Positions 1-8,053 of a DNA stretch of 64,000 bases are shown piece by piece. The notes under the pieces are model-generated. The model saw only the letters and a list, made by a program, of their open reading frames with translations, made no database searches and was not told the origin of the DNA. The first letter of the stretch is position 1. Every line of letters starts with the position of its first letter. This DNA comes from an uncultured Saprospiraceae bacterium. Its GTDB lineage: Bacteria; Bacteroidota; Bacteroidia; Chitinophagales; Saprospiraceae. A program made the position numbers and the translations under genes. The stretch spans positions 2,375-66,374 of the forward strand of contig CALKJD010000043.1 in the NCBI GenBank assembly GCA_937995755.1, written 5' to 3'.

Positions 1-409
1 ACATATCATCTTGATATTTCATCAGAAGTATAGCTTTATCTTCTGTAGGGATTACATCTAGTACTTCTTTTAGTCTTACGATGTTAGTCTCCAATAGTCG
101 TTTATCGTCAATTGTATCTGGTATTTCTTGTAGCTCACCTACATCATCTACTGATACACTTTTCATTTTCTTACCCTTCCTAATATTATCTATGCAGTAG
201 TTGTATGTAATAGAGTACAGCCATGTTGAAAATTTAGCTTTCTTGTTGAATTTTGATAGATTCAACAGTACTTTGATAAAAATCTCTTGCATGGCATCTT
301 CGGCTTTGGCCTGATCTCTTAGTAGGGAGTTACATTTAATGAACACCTTTTTAGAGTATCTATCATACAAAATATCGAATAATTGCGGACTTTGAGATGC
401 GATATACAT
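1..409 (-). CDS. RNA polymerase sigma-70 family factor (ECF-like), partial; 3' end lies beyond the window start
   Basis: The minus-strand frame is open to the window edge. My translation reads ...DDEIVDMYIASQSPQLFDILYDRYSKKVFIKCNSLLRDQAKAEDAMQEIFIKVLLNLSKFNKKAKFSTWLYSITYNYCIDNIRK...VIPTEDKAILLMKYQDDM. That is sigma region 2 (AED..QE.F ... F.TWLY.I..N) plus the start of region 4. The start is uncertain: ATG at 409, TTG at 484 or GTG at 505. It is absent from the ORF track because no stop falls inside the window. Confidence 0.6.
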   Translation of the reverse strand, partial: MYIASQSPQLFDILYDRYSKKVFIKCNSLLRDQAKAEDAMQEIFIKVLLNLSKFNKKAKFSTWLYSITYNYCIDNIRKGKKMKSVSVDDVGELQEIPDTIDDKRLLETNIVRLKEVLDVIPTEDKAILLMKYQDDM

Positions 410-669
410 ATCTACAATCTCGTCATCGCTCTTGGAGCTCGATATACTTCCAGATATTACTGGGTTTAATAGGTTAATTAACAAAATAGTTATAGTTGTA
501 AACACATATAATCATGTTACATGTATTGTGACGCAAAACTTTTAGAAAGTTACTTGTTTTTGAAATGTTTTTCATCATTTTCTAAAAGGTTAGAGAATAT
601 AGGTGTTGTCAAAAGTGAAGTATTTGCGACAATAACCCTAGTTTAATGGGCAAATTACTTGTCGAATAC

Positions 670-1020
670 TTAAAATTTCATTTCGACTATTGCTTTTTCA
701 ACCTTTCCTCCCAATTGCGGTGATATTTTAGATAGTTTGACTTTTCCACCCGTAGTATGGTTTAAGTCTGTTTTTATTCTATTGATTATGTTGAAAACGA
801 CCGTTTCTAGTAGTTTCTGCGTGTTTTGCATTTCATCTTTACATATTGCATAGAGTTGCTCGTAGTTGACCGTGTCAGCTATGTTGTCATCCATACTATC
901 GAAGGACTTCACTTCGACTTCGCAGTCGATTAGAAAGGTATTGCCTGCTCTTCGCTCTACTTCGTAATAGCCGTGATAAGCAAAGAATTCAGCATTTTCT
1001 ATTGATACTGTTGTTTTCAT
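670..1020 (-). CDS. folB: 7,8-dihydroneopterin aldolase
   Basis: 116 aa. The N-terminus SIENAEFFAYHGYYEVERRAGNTFLIDCEV fits the FolB signature (F.a.HG....E...gq.f..d). The size is typical. Confidence 0.8.
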   Translation of the reverse strand: MKTTVSIENAEFFAYHGYYEVERRAGNTFLIDCEVEVKSFDSMDDNIADTVNYEQLYAICKDEMQNTQKLLETVVFNIINRIKTDLNHTTGGKVKLSKISPQLGGKVEKAIVEMKF

Positions 1021-1161
1021 ATAATTTGCACAAAATTTAAACTAGGGTCAAAGGTAGTATATCATAACTATGATTACTTGAATTGAGCATATTTTTTATG
1101 TCAAACCGCTAGCACTAATTAGGATGCAAAGTCTTTAGGAGTGGTGATTCCAAGCTTTTTG

Positions 1162-2130
1162 TTAGTATTCTGTAGCTATCACTTGTGCATTGAAGCCTTG
1201 TTCTAAAAGATACGTTGCATATTGGTCTGTGTATCCGTGAGTTACATAGATATGATCAGCGCCTGTGTCTTTGACAGCCATATTGAGTCCTTTCCAGTCG
1301 GCATGATCTGACAATACAAAGCCACGGTCTGTAGGCATACCCATTTCTCTCATACCCACCCAACCACTAGCTCGAGCTGCTGAATAGTCTTTAAATTTCC
1401 GTATCCAAGGCGACCTGAACGCTGACGGAGGGGCTATTATCAAACTACCCTTGAATCTGTTGAAGTGCATACTATTATCAACCTTCGTAGTTTTTGCGAG
1501 TTTAACTCCTTGCTTACGAAGCACTTTGTTAGTGTATTCTACTGCACCATGTGTGAGGACTTCACCTATACTATGATCTATGAGATTTATGATTCGCTGA
1601 GCTTTTCCTAGGGCATATGAGCCTATGATACTCACTTTTCCTTCAGAAGCATTGGCTTGCCACCAGTCATTCATTTGTGATATAACCTCTTCTTGTGGTG
1701 CCCAATCAAAAGCAGGAAGTCCAAAAGTAGATTCAGTAATGAAATGGTCGCACTTTACAGATTCGAATGGTTCGCTGACTCCATCATTGGTTACTTTGTA
1801 ATCTCCAGAAGCGACCCATACTTCACCTTTGTATTCAGCTCTTATCTGAGCCGAACCAATAATATGACCAGCTGGATGAAAACTAAATTTCACACCATTA
1901 ATATCAATTTGCTTACCATAGTCAATGCTTTCAATTTTAGCTTCATTTCCTAGGCGATAGCTGATTACAGGCTCGGCATTAGTTGTGCATAAGTAATACT
2001 TGTTACCCCATCGAGCATGATCGGAGTGACCATGTGTGATCAATGCTTTATCTACGGGTTTCCATGGATCTATATAGATATCCGCCCTTTCACAATATAT
2101 TCCGTTAGCGTTAAATGTGATAAGAGGCAT
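1162..2130 (-). CDS. Metallo-beta-lactamase/beta-CASP exonuclease, homolog of the ligase-associated DNA damage response exonuclease
   Basis: 322 aa. It carries the MBL motif ITHGHSDHARWG, then HPAGHIIGSAQIR, GDYK, FITESTFGLP, YALGKAQR and the C-terminal LSDHADW..L......GA..IYVTHG. Together these match that family end to end as I remember it. Confidence 0.7.
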   Translation of the reverse strand: MPLITFNANGIYCERADIYIDPWKPVDKALITHGHSDHARWGNKYYLCTTNAEPVISYRLGNEAKIESIDYGKQIDINGVKFSFHPAGHIIGSAQIRAEYKGEVWVASGDYKVTNDGVSEPFESVKCDHFITESTFGLPAFDWAPQEEVISQMNDWWQANASEGKVSIIGSYALGKAQRIINLIDHSIGEVLTHGAVEYTNKVLRKQGVKLAKTTKVDNSMHFNRFKGSLIIAPPSAFRSPWIRKFKDYSAARASGWVGMREMGMPTDRGFVLSDHADWKGLNMAVKDTGADHIYVTHGYTDQYATYLLEQGFNAQVIATEY

Positions 2131-2166
2131 AGGTTATAGCTGAGTTGTTAGGAAATTTAATAGAAA

Positions 2167-3015
2167 CTACTTACGAAATCTACGATCTATGCCATCTGGA
2201 TAGATGTAATAAATTGACCTAGGGCTAATCAATACGTTTTTGATGTTTTCCTTCACTTCTAAAGGGATAATACTTTCTTCTAAGAGTCTAATGGTATATA
2301 CTTTGATTCTGTTGTCTTGATAGACATAAACGTTCTTACCATCTGTCTGAAAATTTTGGATGTCTTGAAGTGGTAATACTTTGAGATATTGGCCTAGATT
2401 ATCAAAAATGACAATTCCGTATTGATCATCAAATAGGAATACTCGATTGTCTCTTTCTACAATTTTTGTAGGTTCTAGATCTTCTAGTCTGTAGTCATTT
2501 AGATTATTGGTACTCAGTTTTATTTTTCCTGCATCATTGATTTTGAGGACTTGATTTTTTGCTGGATCGTATAGCCATATATTGCCGTCATTAGATGATG
2601 CTATCGTAGAAATGTCATTATATCCCCAGTCCTGGAGATTGGCTTTTCGGATCAAAGCCAAAGTATTATCTAGGTAGCTGATGATCCCATAATCTCTATG
2701 ATAGACTAAGACCTTTAGTGGATTATTGACATCTACGTGTTGTATCTTTCCCAAGGTATTATCCGCGTATTTGTAGAGCACCTCTAGGTCTTGATTGTAT
2801 CTCGTTAGTGTATTTTTGCGGTCTACAATATGGAGTTGATCTAGATTGTCGAGATATACATTTTTCAGATCTATGTTGATGTCATGAGTGTTAGATACTG
2901 GTGCAGGTGCTAATGTCTCCTGGGTGGCTCCACAAGAAAGTAGACTGAAAGCAATCATTACAATCATAATTCTACTTACCATATATTTTTTGATTTTCGG
3001 TTTCAAAAAACTCAA
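2167..3015 (-). CDS. Hypothetical lipoprotein
   Basis: 282-aa ORF with a signal peptide plus lipobox (IAFSLLSCG). The rest is a repetitive beta-rich sequence with no motif I recognise. The true start may be the internal Met at 2982 or 2967, which removes most of the overlap with lpxH. Confidence 0.5.
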   Translation of the reverse strand: MSFLKPKIKKYMVSRIMIVMIAFSLLSCGATQETLAPAPVSNTHDINIDLKNVYLDNLDQLHIVDRKNTLTRYNQDLEVLYKYADNTLGKIQHVDVNNPLKVLVYHRDYGIISYLDNTLALIRKANLQDWGYNDISTIASSNDGNIWLYDPAKNQVLKINDAGKIKLSTNNLNDYRLEDLEPTKIVERDNRVFLFDDQYGIVIFDNLGQYLKVLPLQDIQNFQTDGKNVYVYQDNRIKVYTIRLLEESIIPLEVKENIKNVLISPRSIYYIYPDGIDRRFRK

Positions 3016-3742
3016 TACTTAACTTACCCTTCTCCATTTTTCCATAAGAGTAATGATGAAGCCAATCGCCTATATTAATATACTCTCCACCATTGGATAG
3101 TTGGTGTTGGATGGGAAGGTGTCTATGCCCCATGATATAATAGTCAATATCACTATGAGTCTTTACATGCTCCTGTGCGTATTGAAGTGTCCATTCTTTT
3201 TCAACATTAAAATTCATTTCTTCTTCGCTAGTCATAGCTCTACTGGAATGGCTAAATTGTTTCATAATCCATAATCCAGTATTAGGGTGTATGCGAGCAT
3301 AGAACCACTTGCACATACCGTTGTCAAATATTTTTTTGATCACCTTGTAGCCATAGTCTCCAGGACCTAATCCATCACCATGCGCCATGAATACTTTCTT
3401 TCCTTGGATTGTTTTAATAACGGGCTCACGGTAAATTGGAATTCCAAATTCATCTTCCATGTATCGAAACATCCACATGTCATGATTGCCAGTAAAATAG
3501 TACATAGGAATGCCTGAATCCCTCAGCTCTCGGATTTTTCCAAATAGTCGAGAGAAACCTTTAGGAATTACACTGCCGTATTCAAACCAATAATCGAATA
3601 CATCGCCTAGAAGATAGATTTCTTCTGCATTGTCAGAGATCTGATCCATCCATTTCACTATCTTCTGTTCTCTGGTGATACTATCATCCGCAGCAGCTAC
3701 ACCTAGGTGAAAATCAGAAGCGAAATATGTTTGTTTGGCCAT
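2972..3742 (-). CDS. lpxH: UDP-2,3-diacylglucosamine diphosphatase
   Basis: 256 aa with calcineurin-like phosphoesterase motifs in LpxH order: SDFHLG, LLGDVFDYW, GNHDMW, AHGDG, GHRH. Confidence 0.8.
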   Translation of the reverse strand: MAKQTYFASDFHLGVAAADDSITREQKIVKWMDQISDNAEEIYLLGDVFDYWFEYGSVIPKGFSRLFGKIRELRDSGIPMYYFTGNHDMWMFRYMEDEFGIPIYREPVIKTIQGKKVFMAHGDGLGPGDYGYKVIKKIFDNGMCKWFYARIHPNTGLWIMKQFSHSSRAMTSEEEMNFNVEKEWTLQYAQEHVKTHSDIDYYIMGHRHLPIQHQLSNGGEYINIGDWLHHYSYGKMEKGKLSIEFFETENQKIYGK

Positions 3743-3746
3743 ATAC

Positions 3747-4277
3747 TTAATCTACAAATCTACTATCTACTTCCATTACGTTTTTGCACTCAGGGCAAGT
3801 ACGCTTTTCTACAGATGCATAATATTCTTTGAATCTTGGTTGGAAATCTTTTTCGACATTAGTCAATTGGAAGTATGTATCATGAAGTTTTTTATTGCAG
3901 TTGTCACAGAACCACATCAATCCATCTTTCATACTCGCATCACGCTTGAGCTCTATTACTAAGCCGATAGATTTGTCGGATCTTATTGGTGAGTGAGGTA
4001 CTTTGGCAGGAAGCAAAAACATTTCTCCTTCTTTGATGGGTACATCTACAGGTTTACCATCTACTTGTATACGTACTATTATGTCACCTTCGAGTTGATA
4101 AAAAAGTTCTTCAGTCTCATTATAGTGATAATCTTTACGTGCATTAGGGCCTGCTACGATCATGACGATATAGTCACCAGCATCTTTGTATAGGTTTCTA
4201 TTTCCTACAGGTGGTTTGAGGTCATCTCTGTTCTCATCGATCCATTTTTGTAGGTTGAATGGCTTAGGTATAGTCAT
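3747..4277 (-). CDS. 3-hydroxyanthranilate 3,4-dioxygenase
   Basis: 176 aa. The cupin core has HYNETEELFYQLEGD and PAKVPHSPIR. The C-terminal CDNC...CPEC four-Cys site matches the rubredoxin-like site of bacterial 3-HAO enzymes. Confidence 0.88.
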   Translation of the reverse strand: MTIPKPFNLQKWIDENRDDLKPPVGNRNLYKDAGDYIVMIVAGPNARKDYHYNETEELFYQLEGDIIVRIQVDGKPVDVPIKEGEMFLLPAKVPHSPIRSDKSIGLVIELKRDASMKDGLMWFCDNCNKKLHDTYFQLTNVEKDFQPRFKEYYASVEKRTCPECKNVMEVDSRFVD

Positions 4278-4364
4278 GATCTTTATTTGTTAGTTTGAGT
4301 GATGGCTAAGATAACAATAATATTTTCTACAACTCGACTTAATAGCCGATACCTTGCTGTAATA

Positions 4365-5717
4365 TTACATATGTTCTTTTACATATTCATTTATCTTATG
4401 AAGTATCGGTATCAGTTCTACAGTGGTAGGATCTTCTGTCTTTTTAGCAATATCATACAGGATTTTATTTTGTAGACGACCTTGCTTCATTGCGATATGA
4501 TAAGGGACATCAGCCCTGAAGGTTACTAGACTATATTTACTGTAATACTCAAGTTCAGCTTCGAGTCTTAATTCGATTAGTCGCTTCACGTTAAATACTG
4601 GATCCGCTGTTGCATCACGCATTTCGTAGAAGTTATCTTCTGCTAGATCGGCAATGGCATCAGCATCTATTTTACGCTGCTCTTGGTAGGCAGGGAGTAT
4701 TTTGTCCCAGTCATGATTGTGCTCTAGGATCAATTGATCAAGGACTACACAGTCTTCCAAAGCACAGTTCATTCCTTGGCCGTAGAAGGGAACTATAGCG
4801 TGGGCACTATCACCTAATAATACAGTGCGGTTATACGCCCAAGGGTAACATTTAATCGTGCCTAAGGATGCCGTTGGGTTGGCATGAAATTGCTCTAATA
4901 GGTCAGGAATATGAATCGTTGCATCCGCAAAATTTTCTTGCATAAACTCTGTGATCAATTCGTCAGTAACTAGTCGATCCATTCCTACTGGTCCTTCAAA
5001 AGGTGTAAACATGGTAAGGGTAAAACTTCCATCTAGATTGGGCAGTGCTATCATCATATGCCCATTTCTTGGCCAGATATGTAATGCATGCTTTTCTATC
5101 TTCCAACCTCCTTCGGTGGTAGGTGGTATATGTAATTCTTTATAACCGGTACTCAACCATTTTTGTTGAAAATCAAATCGCAATCGACTGCTTTGAGCTT
5201 GTAATGTTCGTCTTACTGCGGAGCCAGCGCCATCTGATCCAAAGATGACATCGTATGTCTTAGTCTTTTCTTCTCCGTTAATAATTACAGTAAGCGTTGA
5301 GGCTTTGATATCTACAGAGCGTACATTAGCTTCAAATAACAGATTAATATTGTCGCTTTGCTCGGCCTTATCGAGTAGGGTCATATTTAGCCCTCCTCGT
5401 GAGACACTATTGATATATTGTCCAGGCCTGCCACTGTATGAGTACATTGCATTTTCTCCGTCTGATGGATGGATCATTCGACCATGCATAGGTATAATTT
5501 CTTCCGATACTTTCGCTTTTAGTCCGATCATATCGAGTGCATTGAGGCCTCTATCTGATAGCGCTAAATTAATAGATCTACCAGCTGAGATATCGGTCTT
5601 TCTCAGGTCTGGGCGTCGTTCATAGAGATCCACTTGATACCCATACTCAGCCAATCTGATAGCCATCAAAGTACCACAAAGACCTGCTCCTGCTATTGCT
5701 ATATTTCCTCTTTTCAT
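4365..5717 (-). CDS. kmo: Kynurenine 3-monooxygenase (FAD-dependent)
   Basis: 450 aa with the Rossmann motif IAGAGLCG. GRSINLALSDRGLNAL, IPMHGRMIH and GDSAHAIVPFYGQGMNCALEDC closely track KMO-specific motifs. It sits next to the 3-HAO gene. Confidence 0.85.
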   Translation of the reverse strand: MKRGNIAIAGAGLCGTLMAIRLAEYGYQVDLYERRPDLRKTDISAGRSINLALSDRGLNALDMIGLKAKVSEEIIPMHGRMIHPSDGENAMYSYSGRPGQYINSVSRGGLNMTLLDKAEQSDNINLLFEANVRSVDIKASTLTVIINGEEKTKTYDVIFGSDGAGSAVRRTLQAQSSRLRFDFQQKWLSTGYKELHIPPTTEGGWKIEKHALHIWPRNGHMMIALPNLDGSFTLTMFTPFEGPVGMDRLVTDELITEFMQENFADATIHIPDLLEQFHANPTASLGTIKCYPWAYNRTVLLGDSAHAIVPFYGQGMNCALEDCVVLDQLILEHNHDWDKILPAYQEQRKIDADAIADLAEDNFYEMRDATADPVFNVKRLIELRLEAELEYYSKYSLVTFRADVPYHIAMKQGRLQNKILYDIAKKTEDPTTVELIPILHKINEYVKEHM

Positions 5718-5719
5718 AT

Positions 5720-6058
5720 AAAATTAATATGATTATTAAGTATTTTTTTCATAAGAACCAAGTGGGTTATCATATTCATTGACCAATAGGTTTCACGAAT
5801 AGAATTGCACAAAATTAATATGATTGTTAAGTATTATTTTCATAAGAACCAAGTGGGTTATCATATTCATTTACTAATAGATTTCACGAATAGAATTGCA
5901 CAAAATTAATATGATTGTTAAGTATCTTTTTCATAAGAATCAAGTGGGTTATCATATTCATTGACTAATAGATTTCACGAATAGAATTGCACAAAATTAA
6001 TATGGTTATTAAATATTTTTTTCATAAGAATCATATGAATTATCATATTATTCACGAA
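5720..6058. repeat. Tandem direct repeat of a 91-bp unit, three full copies plus one degenerate copy
   Basis: Units start at 5720, 5811, 5902 and 5993, as counted directly from the sequence. The full copies differ by only a few substitutions. The fourth copy has an internal deletion. The array fills the rsmG-kmo intergenic gap. Confidence 0.92.
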
Positions 6059-6088
6059 AAAGCATATGGTTAATAAAACAGGTGAAAC

Positions 6089-6715
6089 TTAATGTTGAAT
6101 ATAGATCACATACTTTTCGGCGTAATACTCTTCATCAAATATATCTTTGATAGGGTATACTTCTGAGGATACTTTGTTGGTGGTTTGAGCAATTTCCTCA
6201 ACTACATTTCCACCTTTTAATGCTATGATTCCATTTGGAAACGAATTCTTATGTTTGTTATGAATTAGTTTATGTGTCCAGTTAACAAGCTTTTCTACTA
6301 GGGCTACTGCTCTGGTGATTACGAAGTCATATTGTTCTTTATGCTCTTCTGCTCTTACATGCACACCTTTGGCGTTGGTGAGACCAATTGCTTCAGCCAC
6401 TTCATTGACTACCCGTATTTTTTTACGTGTACCATCGATCAATGTAAACTGTACATCTGGAAACATGATTGCCATCGGAATACCTGGAAAACCACCGCCA
6501 CAGCCTAAATCTAGTACTTTGGTTCCTTCTTTGAACTGCATCACCTTAGCTATTGCTAGAGAGTGTAATACATGATGTAGGTATATATTGTCTATATCCT
6601 TACGCGAAATCACGTTTATTTTGTCATTCCACTCCTTGTATAGGTCGCCTAGTTGCGCAAACTGTGATTTCTGATGCTCTGTCAGGTCAGGAAAATATTT
6701 AAGTATTAACTCCAA
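6089..6715 (-). CDS. rsmG: 16S rRNA (guanine527-N7)-methyltransferase
   Basis: 208 aa with the SAM motif LDLGCGGGFPGIPMAI and a GidB-type N-terminus (W N.KINV.S). Size and layout are typical. Confidence 0.88.
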   Translation of the reverse strand: MELILKYFPDLTEHQKSQFAQLGDLYKEWNDKINVISRKDIDNIYLHHVLHSLAIAKVMQFKEGTKVLDLGCGGGFPGIPMAIMFPDVQFTLIDGTRKKIRVVNEVAEAIGLTNAKGVHVRAEEHKEQYDFVITRAVALVEKLVNWTHKLIHNKHKNSFPNGIIALKGGNVVEEIAQTTNKVSSEVYPIKDIFDEEYYAEKYVIYIQH

Positions 6716-7794
6716 GAATTCTGTTTTTTTATAAATGTAAAAGGAATCATGATAACATAGTATAAAGCTAAGGCAAAATCATATACAGGATATAATAACC
6801 ATAGATCCATGCTATGTAGTTTCTTACAAATAGGATATTGGATGATTATCATCAAAAGCCAATAGATCATTAATGCGATTACCCAATAACTATGCTGCGA
6901 AAATAATAGAATGATAGCTGATATGTACAATCCTATATGAGTAATGGATGATAAACCAAGTAATACTTTATCTATCCATCTATACCGATGCGAACTAGAT
7001 ACGTGACGTGTCTTTTGGCGTATGAATGAAGTAAATGTTTCTTTGCCTGGACTGTAAACAAAAGCATTTGGATCTATACATATTGTGGTATTGCTAGCAT
7101 TGGCGGCATAGTTGACCAAGAGATCATCGTCTCCAGAGGCAATATCTGTATGAGAGGTAAAGCCATCTGATTTTTCAAATATACTACGATGATACATCAA
7201 GTTTCGCCCAACGCCCATATACGGTTGTCCAGCTAGAGAGAAGGATAAATATTGTAACGCAGTATAATAGGTTTCAAACCGCGCAAACTTACCCACAATT
7301 GTTTTGGACTTATGTAAAGGTGCGTAGCCTAAGACTATATCATGGTCTGTAGTATAGCTGGCCATAGTAGTAGCCCATTCGTTAGGAGCTAGACAGTCGG
7401 CATCAGTTAGGAGGAGCCAATCTTTGGTAGCGGATATGATCCCTTTGGTAAGTGCTTGTTTTTTACCATTATGGGCAGTATCATTTTCTATCAAGACGCT
7501 TTGGGTGGATCTGTGTTCACGCAGTAAGTCCTTAGTATTGTCTGTAGACATATCATCTACCAGCACGAGTTCTAGGTTTTTGTAAGATTGATTTGTAAGT
7601 GATTTCAGAGAGGCAATGACGTTTGACTCTTCGTTGTGATAACATACTATGAGGCTAATGCCACCACTGTCTGTTTTGCCTCTATCTTTGTATGAAGGTA
7701 CTCTATACAGAGCTAACCTAAGATAGTAGTATAGTGCAAAACACAGCTTAATCGATAAGGAAAAAAGAAATATGAAGAGCAATAATTGCGGCAT
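6706..7794 (-). CDS. Glycosyltransferase family 2, membrane-anchored
   Basis: 362 aa. It has an N-terminal TM helix, a GT-A core (ISLIVCYHNEE, LVDDMSTD, LTDADC) and C-terminal TM helices. It overlaps the rsmG start by 10 nt. Confidence 0.7.
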   Translation of the reverse strand: MPQLLLFIFLFSLSIKLCFALYYYLRLALYRVPSYKDRGKTDSGGISLIVCYHNEESNVIASLKSLTNQSYKNLELVLVDDMSTDNTKDLLREHRSTQSVLIENDTAHNGKKQALTKGIISATKDWLLLTDADCLAPNEWATTMASYTTDHDIVLGYAPLHKSKTIVGKFARFETYYTALQYLSFSLAGQPYMGVGRNLMYHRSIFEKSDGFTSHTDIASGDDDLLVNYAANASNTTICIDPNAFVYSPGKETFTSFIRQKTRHVSSSHRYRWIDKVLLGLSSITHIGLYISAIILLFSQHSYWVIALMIYWLLMIIIQYPICKKLHSMDLWLLYPVYDFALALYYVIMIPFTFIKKQNSWS

Positions 7795-8053
7795 ATGACA
7801 ATCTGAAAATATCTTTTTGAATAACTATAAATATGCCACTATTGGCCAAACAGGAAGTTAGTTTTGTGAACAGGGTAATTAAAATTGGTTTAACAACGTT
7901 AAAAAGTAACAATAAGTCCTATTAAGTCATGCAAGATACATGTTTTATACAGTAGTATTTATTAATTTTGCAAGGAGTCAACACATTAAATAACAATAAT
8001 TAATATATATTATTTTGTTTAATGTGACTTTTATAAGTATAATATAGAATACC

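Noticed and set aside
5720-6058. Could the 91-bp repeat array be a CRISPR array?
   Set aside because: The units are directly abutting with no unique spacers between them. The unit is far longer than a CRISPR repeat, and no cas genes are present.
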